The notes below the pieces were generated by a model. It saw only the letters and a program-made list of their open reading frames with translations. It ran no database searches and was not told the origin of the DNA. Positions 28,728 through 38,641 of a DNA stretch of 64,000 nt are shown piece after piece. Within the stretch, counting starts at the first letter, position 1. Every line of letters starts with the position of its first letter. The position numbers were made by a program, and so were the translations under genes. The DNA is from Armatimonadota bacterium. Its GTDB lineage: Bacteria > Armatimonadota > Fimbriimonadia > Fimbriimonadales > GBS-DC. The stretch covers positions 1 to 64,000 of the forward strand of contig JBBIML010000015.1 in NCBI GenBank assembly GCA_037444405.1, in the 5' to 3' direction.

Positions 28728-29282
28728 ATGGCAAGCGCGGTTCGTCAGCGTATGAGCGTTGCGGAGTTTGAACGCCACTATCTGGGCAAACGCGCCGAGC
28801 TGTGGCGCGGGGAGGTGCGCGAATATATGCCAGCGGGTCCAAAGCACGGAAAGGTCGCTGCCCGGCTGACGGTTCGAATCGGGGCGTATCTGCTGAACAC
28901 GCGCGAAGGCGAACTATTTGCCGCCGAGACGGGTTTCATTCTGCGCACGCCTGCAGGTGAAAGCGTGCTGGCGCCCGATGTGGCGTTCATCCGCAAAGAG
29001 CGCCTGCCCGAAGGCGAGCTCCCGGCGGGCTTTTGCCCAATAGTGCCTGATCTGGTGGTGGAGGTGGTCTCGCCCAGCGATTCGTACGCCGATGTGCGGG
29101 CGAAGGTGAATGAGTGGCTGGCTGGGGGCGTGCCGCTGGTGTGGGTGGTGGACCCCCAGCGGCGCGTGGTGGAGGTCTGGCAGGCAGAAGGGCAGGTGCA
29201 AACTCTCTCCGAGAACGATACACTCACGGGTGAACCCATGTTGAGAGGCTTTCAGGTGCGGATTGCGGAGCTGTTCGAGTAG
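28728..29282 (+). CDS. Uma2 family (DUF820) endonuclease-like protein
   Basis: ELWRGE, APDVAFI, PDLVVEVVSPSD, GVPLVWVVDP. Confidence 0.92.
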   Translation: MASAVRQRMSVAEFERHYLGKRAELWRGEVREYMPAGPKHGKVAARLTVRIGAYLLNTREGELFAAETGFILRTPAGESVLAPDVAFIRKERLPEGELPAGFCPIVPDLVVEVVSPSDSYADVRAKVNEWLAGGVPLVWVVDPQRRVVEVWQAEGQVQTLSENDTLTGEPMLRGFQVRIAELFE

Positions 29283-29284
29283 CC

Positions 29285-31450
29285 TCAGGCTTCCTCCAGC
29301 GATGCGCTCTGCAGGGGCAGGGTGAGCATGCCTGTGCCGCCCGGAAACATCACCGTGATGAACTCTTCGGTCGTGCGCACAACGATTCCGAACCCGTGCT
29401 GGGGATGGCGCACGCGCTGCCCTGGCAGAAAATGCGACGCTGCCGACGGGCTGCGCCGCTTCGGCTGACGGTCGGGTTGAACAGCGGGCTGGCGCGGCAA
29501 GTACGCACCCAGCATCAGCTGATAGAACGTCGGCGTCTCCAGCCCTTTGAGCGCCCGCAAAAAGGGCGATGGCTCGCTCCACCGACGGCTGCCGTAATAG
29601 CGGCGCGACTGCGCAAAGGTCAGGTGCAGCTCGTCCATCGCGCGCGTCATGCCCACATAGCAGAGCCGACGCTCCTCCTCGATATCGGCGGGCGTCTCGC
29701 ACAGCGCGTGCGGCAACAGTCCGTTCTCCAGACCGACCAGAAAGACCACCGGGAACTCCAGCCCTTTGGCGGTGTGCAGCGTCATCAACAGCACCTGATT
29801 GCCTCGCTCGCCGAGCGTATCGACATCGGTCGCCAGCGCCACATGTTGCAGATATGCCATCGGGGAGGCGTCGCCACTGGTCGCCAGCATCTCGTCCTCG
29901 AACCGCTGCACCTCGTTCAGCAGCTCGCGCACATTGGCGGCGCGATCCACCGATTCGGCGTCCTTGCGCTCCTCCAGCCATGTCAGGTAGCCCGTGCGCT
30001 CGATAATCTGCTTCATCAACACGCTCAGTGGCTCGCGCTCGGCAACCGCTCGCAACGATTCGATCAGCGCGACGAAGCTCTGGATGGCTTTCACTGCCTG
30101 CGCCGGCATGAGCGGGAGCAGGTCGGGGTCCTGCATCGCGCGGTAGGGGCTAACGAGCCGCTCGGCGGCATGCAGCTGGATCGCCAGCAGGGTCTGCTGT
30201 CCGATTTTGCGCGGCGGCGTGTTGATGATGCGCCGCAGGCTCACCGTATCATCGGGATTGACCACCAGGCGCAGGTAAGCCAGCAGGTCTTTGACCTCTT
30301 TGCGGTCATAGAAGCGCAACGCGCCCACGATGCGGTGCGGGATGCGCTCGCGCAGGAACCGCTCCTCGAACACGCGCGACTGGGCGTTCGTGCGATAGAG
30401 GATGGCGAAGTCGCCATAGCGGCGTTGACCCTGATAGACCTGCCGCTGGATGTATTCGGCAATCAGCCGCGCCTCCTCCTCTTCGTCGCTGACAGGCGTG
30501 AGCGTGACGGGGATACCGTCCGTGCGCTCCGTCCACAGGCGCTTGGGCGCGCGAACCCTGTTCTGGCTCACGATTCGCACCGCCGCGTCCAGAATCGGCT
30601 GGGTAGAGCGATAGTTGCGCTCCAGCTTGACCACCTTCGCGTCGGGGAAATCCTGCTCAAAGCGCAGAATCAGCTCCGGCTCCGCGCCACGAAAGCGATA
30701 GATCGACTGGTCATCATCGCCCACCACGCAGAGGTTGTGATGCTCGCTCGCCAGCATGCGCACCAGCACATACTGCGCGTAGTTCACATCCTGATATTCG
30801 TCCACCAGAATGTAGCGGAACTGTTGCTGGTACCGTTCCAGCGCGCGCAGCTGCTCGCTGAACAGGCGAATGACCATCAGCAGCAGGTCGTCGAAATCGA
30901 GCGCGTTCGCCGCCTGCAGGGCTTGCTGATAGCGCGGGTAGACGCTGGCGACGATGCGCTCGAAATAGTCCACCGCGCGCGCGGCATACTGTTCGGGCGA
31001 CAGCAGTCGCTCTTTGGCGCGGCTGATAGCGTTGCGAATCGAGCGCGGGTTGAACTGCTTCTCGTCCAAATCTAGCTCGCTCAGCACCTGACGGATGAGG
31101 TCGAGCTGGTCGTTCTCGTCGTACACAAGGAAGTTGGGCGGGATGTCGATGGCGCGTCCGCTCTCGCGCAGGATTCGGGCGCAGATGGCGTGGAAAGTGC
31201 CAATCCACAGCCCGCGGATGTCCATCTCCAGCAGCCGTTGCAGGCGCTCCTTCATCTCATCGGCGGCTTTGTTGGTGAAGGTCACCGCCAGAATCTGGCT
31301 GGGTGCGACGCCGTGCGTGTAGATGAGATTGGCGATGCGATAGGTGATGACGCGCGTTTTGCCGCTGCCCGCGCCTGCGAACACCAGCAGTGGACCGTCC
31401 CTGTGCAGCACCGCCTCCAGCTGCTCCGGGTTCAGCGCTCCCAGATCCAT
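29285..31450 (-). CDS. pcrA: ATP-dependent DNA helicase PcrA/UvrD
   Basis: LNPEQ, AGAGSGKT, TFTNKAA, VDEYQD, VGDDDQSIY, NYRS, EERRLCYV, Tudor-like C-terminus. Confidence 0.95.
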   Translation of the reverse strand: MDLGALNPEQLEAVLHRDGPLLVFAGAGSGKTRVITYRIANLIYTHGVAPSQILAVTFTNKAADEMKERLQRLLEMDIRGLWIGTFHAICARILRESGRAIDIPPNFLVYDENDQLDLIRQVLSELDLDEKQFNPRSIRNAISRAKERLLSPEQYAARAVDYFERIVASVYPRYQQALQAANALDFDDLLLMVIRLFSEQLRALERYQQQFRYILVDEYQDVNYAQYVLVRMLASEHHNLCVVGDDDQSIYRFRGAEPELILRFEQDFPDAKVVKLERNYRSTQPILDAAVRIVSQNRVRAPKRLWTERTDGIPVTLTPVSDEEEEARLIAEYIQRQVYQGQRRYGDFAILYRTNAQSRVFEERFLRERIPHRIVGALRFYDRKEVKDLLAYLRLVVNPDDTVSLRRIINTPPRKIGQQTLLAIQLHAAERLVSPYRAMQDPDLLPLMPAQAVKAIQSFVALIESLRAVAEREPLSVLMKQIIERTGYLTWLEERKDAESVDRAANVRELLNEVQRFEDEMLATSGDASPMAYLQHVALATDVDTLGERGNQVLLMTLHTAKGLEFPVVFLVGLENGLLPHALCETPADIEEERRLCYVGMTRAMDELHLTFAQSRRYYGSRRWSEPSPFLRALKGLETPTFYQLMLGAYLPRQPAVQPDRQPKRRSPSAASHFLPGQRVRHPQHGFGIVVRTTEEFITVMFPGGTGMLTLPLQSASLEEA

Positions 31451-31533
31451 CGGGGTACAGTGTACCTGAAAAACAGCTTCCACGCTCCAGACAGGCTCTG
31501 CAGGCGCATCTGTGCAACGGGTATAATCGTGCC

Positions 31534-32628
31534 ATGCCGATAGCGCCTGTGCGAACGGAGACCGCCCGCTTCGAGGCAATCGCCGAGAAGGTTCTCGCCG
31601 GCGAGCGATTGAGCTTCGAAGAGGGCGTCGCGCTGTTTCATCATCCAAACCTGACCGAACTCAGCGCGCTCGCCCACCATGTGCGCATGCGCAAAAACCC
31701 ACACCCCTATGTGACCTATGTGATCGGGCGCATCATCAACTACACCAATGTGTGCTGGGTGCGCTGCCGATTCTGCTCCTTCTATCGCCCGCTCAAACAC
31801 CGCGAGGGCTACCTGCTGACCGACGAGCAGATTCTGCAAAAAATCGACGAGCTGGTTCAGCAGGGCGGTGTGGAGGTGCTGATTCAGGGCGGGCTGAACC
31901 CCAAACTGAAGATCGACTATTTTGAGCGGCTGTTTCGGCTCATCAAACGGCACTATCCGCAGGTGATTATTCACGGGCTATCGCCTGCCGAAATCCTCTA
32001 TATCGCCCACATCTCGCGCCTGAGCGTGCGCGACTGCCTGATCCGCCTCAAGGAAGCCGGCATGAACTCGGTGCCAGGCGCAGGCGGCGAGATTTTGGTT
32101 GACCGCGTGCGCCAGGCGATTGCCCCCTACAAAGACAGCACGCAGGAGTGGCTCGATTTCATGCGCGAGGTGCATCAGCTGGGCATGCGCAGCTCCGCCA
32201 GCATGATGTTCGGGCATGTGGAGACGCTGGAAGAGCGTGTAGAGCATCTGATCCGCCTGCGCGAGCTTCAGGATGAAACGGGCGGCTTCACCGCCTTCAT
32301 CTGCTGGAACTTCCAGCCCGAAGGCACCGAGCTGAGCCACATCCCCAAAGCGACCGCGTATGATTATCTGCGCACCGTCGCCGTCGCCCGCCTGATGCTG
32401 GACAACTTCGACCACCTGCAAGCCAGTATCCTCACGCAGGGACCCAAAATCGCCCAGATTGCCCTGCGCTACGGCGTCGACGATATGGGTTCCACCATGA
32501 TCGAGGAGAATGTGGTCTCCGCACAGGGTACCAAGTTCATTCTAAACGCGCAGGAGATCGAACGGCTGATTATCGACGCGGGCTTTATTCCCAAAAAGCG
32601 CAACACGCGCTACGAGATTCTGGATTGA
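31534..32628 (+). CDS. mqnC: Cyclic dehypoxanthine futalosine synthase (radical SAM, CofH/MqnC family)
   Basis: RIINYTNVCWVRCRFC, QGGLNP, PGAGGEIL, MMFGHVE, DMGSTMIEENVVS. Confidence 0.88.
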   Translation: MPIAPVRTETARFEAIAEKVLAGERLSFEEGVALFHHPNLTELSALAHHVRMRKNPHPYVTYVIGRIINYTNVCWVRCRFCSFYRPLKHREGYLLTDEQILQKIDELVQQGGVEVLIQGGLNPKLKIDYFERLFRLIKRHYPQVIIHGLSPAEILYIAHISRLSVRDCLIRLKEAGMNSVPGAGGEILVDRVRQAIAPYKDSTQEWLDFMREVHQLGMRSSASMMFGHVETLEERVEHLIRLRELQDETGGFTAFICWNFQPEGTELSHIPKATAYDYLRTVAVARLMLDNFDHLQASILTQGPKIAQIALRYGVDDMGSTMIEENVVSAQGTKFILNAQEIERLIIDAGFIPKKRNTRYEILD

Positions 32629-32641
32629 GAGGTGAAACGCG

Positions 32642-33889
32642 ATGCGAGCGAAGTGGGCACTAATCGGGCTTCTGGGCTTTGTGATTGGCTGGGCGGGCCA
32701 GCAGCCGCTGCTCAATCACCAGCGGATGACGGAGCTTTTCATCCAGCTGGTGCAGATCGACAGCGGTTCCGAGAACGAGGCGGAGATTTGCGCGTTTGTG
32801 GCGGAGCGCCTGCGTCAGCTGGGCGCCGAGAGCGTGACGATCGACGAGGCGAGCAAGCAGATAGGCGGCACGGGCGGCAATGTGTTCGCGCGATTCAAAG
32901 GCACGCTGAACGCACCCCCGCTGCTGCTGAACGCCCATCTGGACACCGTGTCGCCCACGAAAGGCATCAAAATCGTGCGTACCGCCACCGACATCAAAAC
33001 CGACGGCAGCACCATTCTGGGCGCGGATGATAAGGCGGGCGTCGCGATTATTCTGGAAGTGTTGCAGACGCTCAAAGAGCGCAACCTGCCTCATCCGCCG
33101 CTGGAGGTGGTCTTCACCATTCGCGAGGAGAAGGGCTTGTTAGGCGCCAAAGCCTTCGACACGAGCCCGCTCAACGCGAAATATGGGCTGGTGGTGGACG
33201 GGCGTGAAGTGCCCACCGACCTGTTTATTCAATCGCCCACGCACTGGCAGTTCGAGGTGATTTTTCATGGCAGGGCAGCGCACGCGGGCGCGGAACCCGA
33301 AAAGGGGCGCAACGCCATTCAGATGGCTGCCAGAGCGATTGCCCAGATGCAGTGGGGGCGGCTCGATGCCGAAACCACCGCGAATGTGGGCGTGATCGAG
33401 GGCGGTCAGGCGATGAATATTGTGCCCGATAAGGCGCGGCTGGTGGGCGAGTTCCGTAGTTTCGACCCGAAGCGCGTCGAATCGCTGGCGAACCGCTGGC
33501 GCGAAATCTGCGAGCGTGTCGCCAGCGAGCATGAGGGGCGCGTGGAAGTCACGCTCACCAAGACCTTCGACGCGGTACGGGTTGACCCCAGCTCACCAAT
33601 AGTCAAAGCTGCGGTTGCCGCGCTGAAGGAGCTGGGCATCCAGGCGAACCTCACGCGCACGGGCGGTGGCTCCGATGCCAATGTGTTCGCAGGCAGGGGC
33701 ATTCAGTGCCTGCTGTTCCCCACTGGCGGCGAAGCGATTCACACCCCGCAGGAGCGACTGATCCTCGCCCACTTCTACACCTGCGGTGAAGCGGTGCTGC
33801 GCACGGTGCTGAACTGGGCGAAGAACCACACCACCACCCTCCCCGCCAAAAAGGCGGTTGCCCAGCCCGCCACAGGCGTGTCGGATTGA
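32642..33889 (+). CDS. M20 family peptidase (peptidase T-like) with N-terminal signal peptide
   Basis: AHLDTV, LGADDKAG, EEKGL, GRAAHAG, GGGSDAN, IHT. Confidence 0.9.
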   Translation: MRAKWALIGLLGFVIGWAGQQPLLNHQRMTELFIQLVQIDSGSENEAEICAFVAERLRQLGAESVTIDEASKQIGGTGGNVFARFKGTLNAPPLLLNAHLDTVSPTKGIKIVRTATDIKTDGSTILGADDKAGVAIILEVLQTLKERNLPHPPLEVVFTIREEKGLLGAKAFDTSPLNAKYGLVVDGREVPTDLFIQSPTHWQFEVIFHGRAAHAGAEPEKGRNAIQMAARAIAQMQWGRLDAETTANVGVIEGGQAMNIVPDKARLVGEFRSFDPKRVESLANRWREICERVASEHEGRVEVTLTKTFDAVRVDPSSPIVKAAVAALKELGIQANLTRTGGGSDANVFAGRGIQCLLFPTGGEAIHTPQERLILAHFYTCGEAVLRTVLNWAKNHTTTLPAKKAVAQPATGVSD

Positions 33890-33946
33890 AGGCGCGCCCC
33901 CATCAGGTATAATTACGGTAGACAATTCTCTACTCTGGAGGCAGGA

Positions 33947-34981
33947 ATGACCGATAAGCAGAAGGCGTTAGAGGCAGTCATTGCGCAGGTGGAGCGGCAG
34001 TTTGGCAAGGGCAGCGTGATGCGACTGGGCGAAGCCGCACGCCTGCAGGTGGAGGCGATCCCCACCGGCAGCGTTACCCTCGATATGGCGCTGGGCGTGG
34101 GCGGCATCCCACGCGGACGCATCACCGAAATCTACGGCACCGAATCGTCGGGCAAAACCACACTCGCCCTGCACATTATCGCCGAAGCGCAAAAGCGGGG
34201 CGGGAACGCGCTGTTCGTGGACGCCGAACACGCGCTGGACCCCGACTATGCCCGCGCCATCGGCGTCGATGTGGACAGGCTCTATATTTCGCAGCCGTCC
34301 ACTGGCGATGAGGCGCTGGAGATTATGGACACGCTGATTCGAAGTGGCGCGTTCGATGTGGCGGTTCTCGACTCGGTCGCCGCACTGATGCCCCGTCAGG
34401 AGCTGGAAGGCGATATTGGCGATGTCACGGTGGGCGCGCAGGCGCGGCTGATGTCGCAGGCGCTGCGCAAGCTGGGCGGCTCCGCTGCCAAGACCAACAC
34501 CGCCGTCGTGTTCGTGAACCAGATTCGCGAGAAGGTCGGCGTGATGTACGGCAACCCCGAAACGACGCCAGGCGGGCGCGCGCTCAAGTTCTGGGCGTCG
34601 GTGCGACTGGAGGTGCGCCGCGTGGATAACATCAAGCAGGGCAACGAGGTGATTGGCGTGCGCACGCGCGTGAAGGTGGTCAAGAACAAGGTCGCGCCGC
34701 CGTTCCGTCAGGCGGAGTTCGACATCATTTTCGGCAAGGGCATCTCACGCGTGGGCGACCTGCTCGATCTCGCGCTCAATCTCGGCATCGTCCAGAAGTC
34801 GGGCACATGGTTCAACTTCGGCGAGACCCGGCTGGGTCAGGGGCGCGAGAACGCGCGTGCCTTTCTGGAAGAGAACCCCGATGTGCTGAACGCGATTGAG
34901 CAGCAGGTGCGCACGGCGATGGGTCAGCCGGCGCCGGGCGTCGCGCTCGTCACCGCCGAAGAGGTGGAGTTGGTCGAATAG
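33947..34981 (+). CDS. recA: Recombinase A
   Basis: [50 protein letters not shown]. Confidence 0.99.
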   Translation: MTDKQKALEAVIAQVERQFGKGSVMRLGEAARLQVEAIPTGSVTLDMALGVGGIPRGRITEIYGTESSGKTTLALHIIAEAQKRGGNALFVDAEHALDPDYARAIGVDVDRLYISQPSTGDEALEIMDTLIRSGAFDVAVLDSVAALMPRQELEGDIGDVTVGAQARLMSQALRKLGGSAAKTNTAVVFVNQIREKVGVMYGNPETTPGGRALKFWASVRLEVRRVDNIKQGNEVIGVRTRVKVVKNKVAPPFRQAEFDIIFGKGISRVGDLLDLALNLGIVQKSGTWFNFGETRLGQGRENARAFLEENPDVLNAIEQQVRTAMGQPAPGVALVTAEEVELVE

Positions 34982-34988
34982 GGGTTCG

Positions 34989-36758
34989 ATGACCCTTGAG
35001 ATCGCGCTGGTGCTTGCACTGGCGGGTGGAGCGGTCGCGCTTTTGATCAGCAACCGTTTACCCCCTGAGCTGGTGGCGCTGCTGGTGTTGACCGCGCTGC
35101 TGATGGGTGGTCTGATCCCCCTTGAGAAGGGGCTTCAGGGCTTCAGCAACAGCGCGGTCATCACCATTGCTTCGATGTTCGTGCTGAGTGAGGGGCTGCG
35201 TCGCGCGGGCTTGATCAGCCGTCTGGCGCGTCTGCTTCAGCGGCTAACCACACGCACACCGCTGGGCGCGTTTCTCCTGCTGCTCCTGTTGACGGCGTTT
35301 CTCTCCGCCTTTGTGAACAACACGGCGGTGGTCGCGCTGTTCATCCCGCTCACGCTTGCCCTTGCCGAGAGCATGAAGCGCAGCCCGTCCAGACTGCTCA
35401 TTCCCCTCTCGTTCGCGTCGATGTTCGGCGGTGTCTGCACGCTGATAGGCACTTCAACTAATCTGGTGGTGAGCGGCGTTGCCCAGCAGCGGGGTCTGCC
35501 CCCACTGGGAATGTTCGAGTTTCTACCGCTGGGGCTGGTGTTCACCGCGGCGGGGCTGCTCTACCTGCTGCTGGTGGGTTCGCGCCTTCTGCCCGATCGG
35601 CGCGAGGTGGGCGATCCGCGCAGAGCCTATCATCTGAGCGAATATATCACCGAGGTGGTGCTGACGCCCGACTCGCGGGCAGTGGGACGCCCGCTGATGC
35701 ATGCCGATTTTGTGAAGGAGCTGGGCGTGGATGTGTTGGACATCTGGCGGGATGGTCTCCGCCTTGTGCCGCTGCCCGATCGCATCCTGCAGGCGGGCGA
35801 TGTGCTGCGCGTGCGGTGCAACCTTCAGCGCCTCCAGCAACTGCAGGCAGAGTATGGGCTTCGGTCGCCTTCTGGAGCGCAGCATCCGATCGTCGGCGAC
35901 GATGGCTGGATGCTCATCGAGCTGGTGATCACGCCCGATGCGTCCATCGTGGGGCAGACTCTGCGCTCGATGCGGTTCCGCAATCGTTATGGGGCGACCG
36001 TGCTGGCTCTGCGCCATCGGCAGGAGATGGTGCTGGAACAGATTGCCGATGTGCCCCTGCAGGCAGGCGATGTGCTGCTGGTACAGATTGAATCCGAGCG
36101 TCTGCCTGACCTGTTGCGCTCGCGCGATTTCGCGCTCGTGTCCCAGATCGAGGCGGTTCCTCTCCGTCCCCAGCGCGCATGGATGGCGACCCTTATCATG
36201 CTGGGGGTGGTGATAAGCGCGGCGATGGGCTGGTATCCCGTTGTGGTGTCGGCGCTGGTTGGAGCGGTGCTGATGGTCATCACGGGCTGCCTCAAGCCCG
36301 AAGAGGCGGTGCAGGCAATCGACTGGCGGTTGCTGATCATGCTGGGTGGGATGCTGGCGCTGGGGAACGCGATGGAACACACGGGCGCCGCCCGCTGGCT
36401 CACCAGCCAGATGCTCATCGCGCTCGGCTCGCTGGGACCGATGGCGGTGTTGAGCGGGTTCTACCTGATGACCTCACTGCTGACCGAGGTAATGTCGAAT
36501 AACGCGGCAGCGGTGCTGATGTCCGCGCTGGCGATCGAGGTCGCCGCCGCACTGGGCGTCGACGCGCGCCCGTTCCTGTTCGCCGTCGCCTATGCCGCCT
36601 CTGCCAGCTTCATGACACCGATTGGCTATCAGACCAACACGATGGTGTTCAATGTGGGGCAGTATCGGTTCGGCGATTTCGTGCGCGTGGGCACACCACT
36701 CAACATCCTCTTCTGGCTCATCGCCACCCTGCTGATACCGCTCCTGTGGCGGTTCTGA
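34989..36758 (+). CDS. SLC13 family permease with TrkA-C domains
   Basis: SAFVNNT, TLIGTSTN, two RCK-C domains, SNNA, TPIGYQTN. Confidence 0.92.
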   Translation: MTLEIALVLALAGGAVALLISNRLPPELVALLVLTALLMGGLIPLEKGLQGFSNSAVITIASMFVLSEGLRRAGLISRLARLLQRLTTRTPLGAFLLLLLLTAFLSAFVNNTAVVALFIPLTLALAESMKRSPSRLLIPLSFASMFGGVCTLIGTSTNLVVSGVAQQRGLPPLGMFEFLPLGLVFTAAGLLYLLLVGSRLLPDRREVGDPRRAYHLSEYITEVVLTPDSRAVGRPLMHADFVKELGVDVLDIWRDGLRLVPLPDRILQAGDVLRVRCNLQRLQQLQAEYGLRSPSGAQHPIVGDDGWMLIELVITPDASIVGQTLRSMRFRNRYGATVLALRHRQEMVLEQIADVPLQAGDVLLVQIESERLPDLLRSRDFALVSQIEAVPLRPQRAWMATLIMLGVVISAAMGWYPVVVSALVGAVLMVITGCLKPEEAVQAIDWRLLIMLGGMLALGNAMEHTGAARWLTSQMLIALGSLGPMAVLSGFYLMTSLLTEVMSNNAAAVLMSALAIEVAAALGVDARPFLFAVAYAASASFMTPIGYQTNTMVFNVGQYRFGDFVRVGTPLNILFWLIATLLIPLLWRF

Positions 36759-36851
36759 CCCCCAATCTTCCTGACAACCGCTTGATGTATAATCTGGGTG
36801 AGGCAGGGATTCGGGCGAAAGAGGGACGATCCCTGCGGAGGCGAGAGAGCG

Positions 36852-37409
36852 ATGGCATGGATCCGTGAAATTGGCGAATCGGAGGCGGCGGGGCGGCTGG
36901 CAGAAATCTACGCCGAAATCGCGCAGCGCCGCGGCAAGGTATCCAACATCATGCGGGTGCAGAGCCTGTTCCCCGAAGCGATGCAGACCCACCTGTCTCT
37001 CTACATCACTCTGCTGTTTGGCGCGGGCAGCGGGCTAACACGCGCGGAACGCGAACTGCTGGCAGTGACGGTTTCTGCGACCAATCGCTGCGCTTACTGC
37101 GTGCGTCATCATGCAGAGGCGTTGCGTGCCTACTGGAAAGACGACCATCGGCTGGAGCGTGTGCTGGCAGGCGACTGGACGGAGCTATCGGAGCGTGAGC
37201 GCGCCCTCTGCACCTATGCCCGACGGCTCACATCGACCCCTGACCAGGCGAAACCCGATTGGGTCGAGGAACTCCGTCGCGCGGGGCTAACGGACGAAGA
37301 GATTTTGCACGCCAACCTGATTATCAGCTACTTCAACTTCGTTAATCGGATCGCGCTGGGGCTGGGCGTGGAGTTCACTGAAGAGGAGGCGCGTGGCTAT
37401 CGGGTGTAG
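36852..37409 (+). CDS. AhpD/carboxymuconolactone decarboxylase-like peroxidase-related protein
   Basis: ERELLAVTVSATNRCAYCVRHH (CxxC..H) and FNFVNRIA. Confidence 0.9.
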   Translation: MAWIREIGESEAAGRLAEIYAEIAQRRGKVSNIMRVQSLFPEAMQTHLSLYITLLFGAGSGLTRAERELLAVTVSATNRCAYCVRHHAEALRAYWKDDHRLERVLAGDWTELSERERALCTYARRLTSTPDQAKPDWVEELRRAGLTDEEILHANLIISYFNFVNRIALGLGVEFTEEEARGYRV

Positions 37410-37534
37410 CAGCGGGCATCGGAGACCGTGATTGCCCTGCTGGAGCGTCGGTTCGGTGCGAGCCGCACGCTCCAGAGACTCCGAAACTTTTTGCATGCTA
37501 TCCCGTCAGGTAAACTACAGCGGGGCGATTCGTT

Positions 37535-38641
37535 ATGTCGGAGCGGCGACCGTCGGTACAGCGGGAGTATCAGCAGCAGATTCTGCTGCGCTGGATCACC
37601 ACCATCACCTATCGGATGATCTCGGTGGGCGCGATCCTGTTCGTGATTGGGCTTGCTTACCTGTTCTACGCGCTTTTTGCGCTGGGGGATCAGAGCGGCT
37701 ATAACGCCAGCGATATCGCACGCATTCAGGGCAACCTGACGCTGTTCGGGCGGCTGGCGCTGATCGGCGCTGGCATGGTCGTGATCGGGCTTGCCTGGAA
37801 CTATCTGGAGGAGGAGGTCGTCGGCTTCATTCTGGTGCTGCTCGCGCTCTTCTTTTACTGGGGGCTGCCCCTCCTGCTGGGGCAGATCGGCACCCTGCCG
37901 ACACCCGACTCGCTGCAAGGGTTCGCGCTGAACCAGATTCGCAACCTGATGTGGGTGCTGTTCCCGCCCGGCATCATTCTGGTGGTGTTTGTGGGGATTG
38001 CGCAGGGCATTCGTCGCCTGCGCTACGGCGCCGCGCTGGACCAGACGCTCAAGCTCGGTTCGGGTGTGAGCAAGCAGGAGGTTCAGCAACGCTTTCTGGG
38101 CAAATGCTGGCAGCTGCCGTTCTGTCGGGACTATGTGCGCCAACGCTGCCCGATTTACCATGCGCGGCGCACCTGCTGGCGCGAGGGCGTCGGCTGTATG
38201 TGCGAGGAGAAGACCATCGTGATGGCGTTGCAGAACGCGCGCCTGAGCGACGACCCCGCCAAAAACGCCCGATATATCCCGCATAACAAGACGCTGACAA
38301 AAGCGGAGCTGCGCGCCCGCTGCGCCGAGTGTGTCATCTATAACGAGCATCAGCGCCAGAAGTATCAGCTGTTCGCGCCGCTCACGGTCGGCACGATTAT
38401 CGGCATCGCCTACTTCTTCCGTGCGCCGCTGCAGGAGAAAGTGTTCAATCTGCTGTCGCTGCTGGATCAGCTGCTGGCGCGTTTCACGCTGATGCCCTCG
38501 GAGGCGCAGAAAGGCGTGCTGGAGGCGGCTGCGCGCGCGAACGAGACCGCCGCGCTGATCCTCTATATCTCCCTGACCATCGTGGTGCTGAGCTACGCGC
38601 TGCGAATTGTGGAGACGGTGATTTTCAAATGGAAGCTCTGA
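37535..38641 (+). CDS. Membrane protein with a Cys-rich 'two-CW'-like soluble domain
   Basis: About four N-terminal TMs, then CWQLPFC...CPIY...CWREGVGCMC...CAECVIY, then two more TMs. Confidence 0.8.
   Translation: MSERRPSVQREYQQQILLRWITTITYRMISVGAILFVIGLAYLFYALFALGDQSGYNASDIARIQGNLTLFGRLALIGAGMVVIGLAWNYLEEEVVGFILVLLALFFYWGLPLLLGQIGTLPTPDSLQGFALNQIRNLMWVLFPPGIILVVFVGIAQGIRRLRYGAALDQTLKLGSGVSKQEVQQRFLGKCWQLPFCRDYVRQRCPIYHARRTCWREGVGCMCEEKTIVMALQNARLSDDPAKNARYIPHNKTLTKAELRARCAECVIYNEHQRQKYQLFAPLTVGTIIGIAYFFRAPLQEKVFNLLSLLDQLLARFTLMPSEAQKGVLEAAARANETAALILYISLTIVVLSYALRIVETVIFKWKL

Noticed and set aside
28728..29282. Uma2 nuclease as the restriction partner of the MTase or as a defence system
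   Set aside because: It lies 33 kb away from the MTase. Uma2/DUF820 genes are commonly dispersed multi-copy genes, and nothing here links them.
29396..31075. Long antisense ORFs (also 11127-12332, 22235-23305, 37397-38758, 46880-48499, 58450-59745)
   Set aside because: Shadow frames of well-supported high-GC genes; they contain no recognisable motifs.
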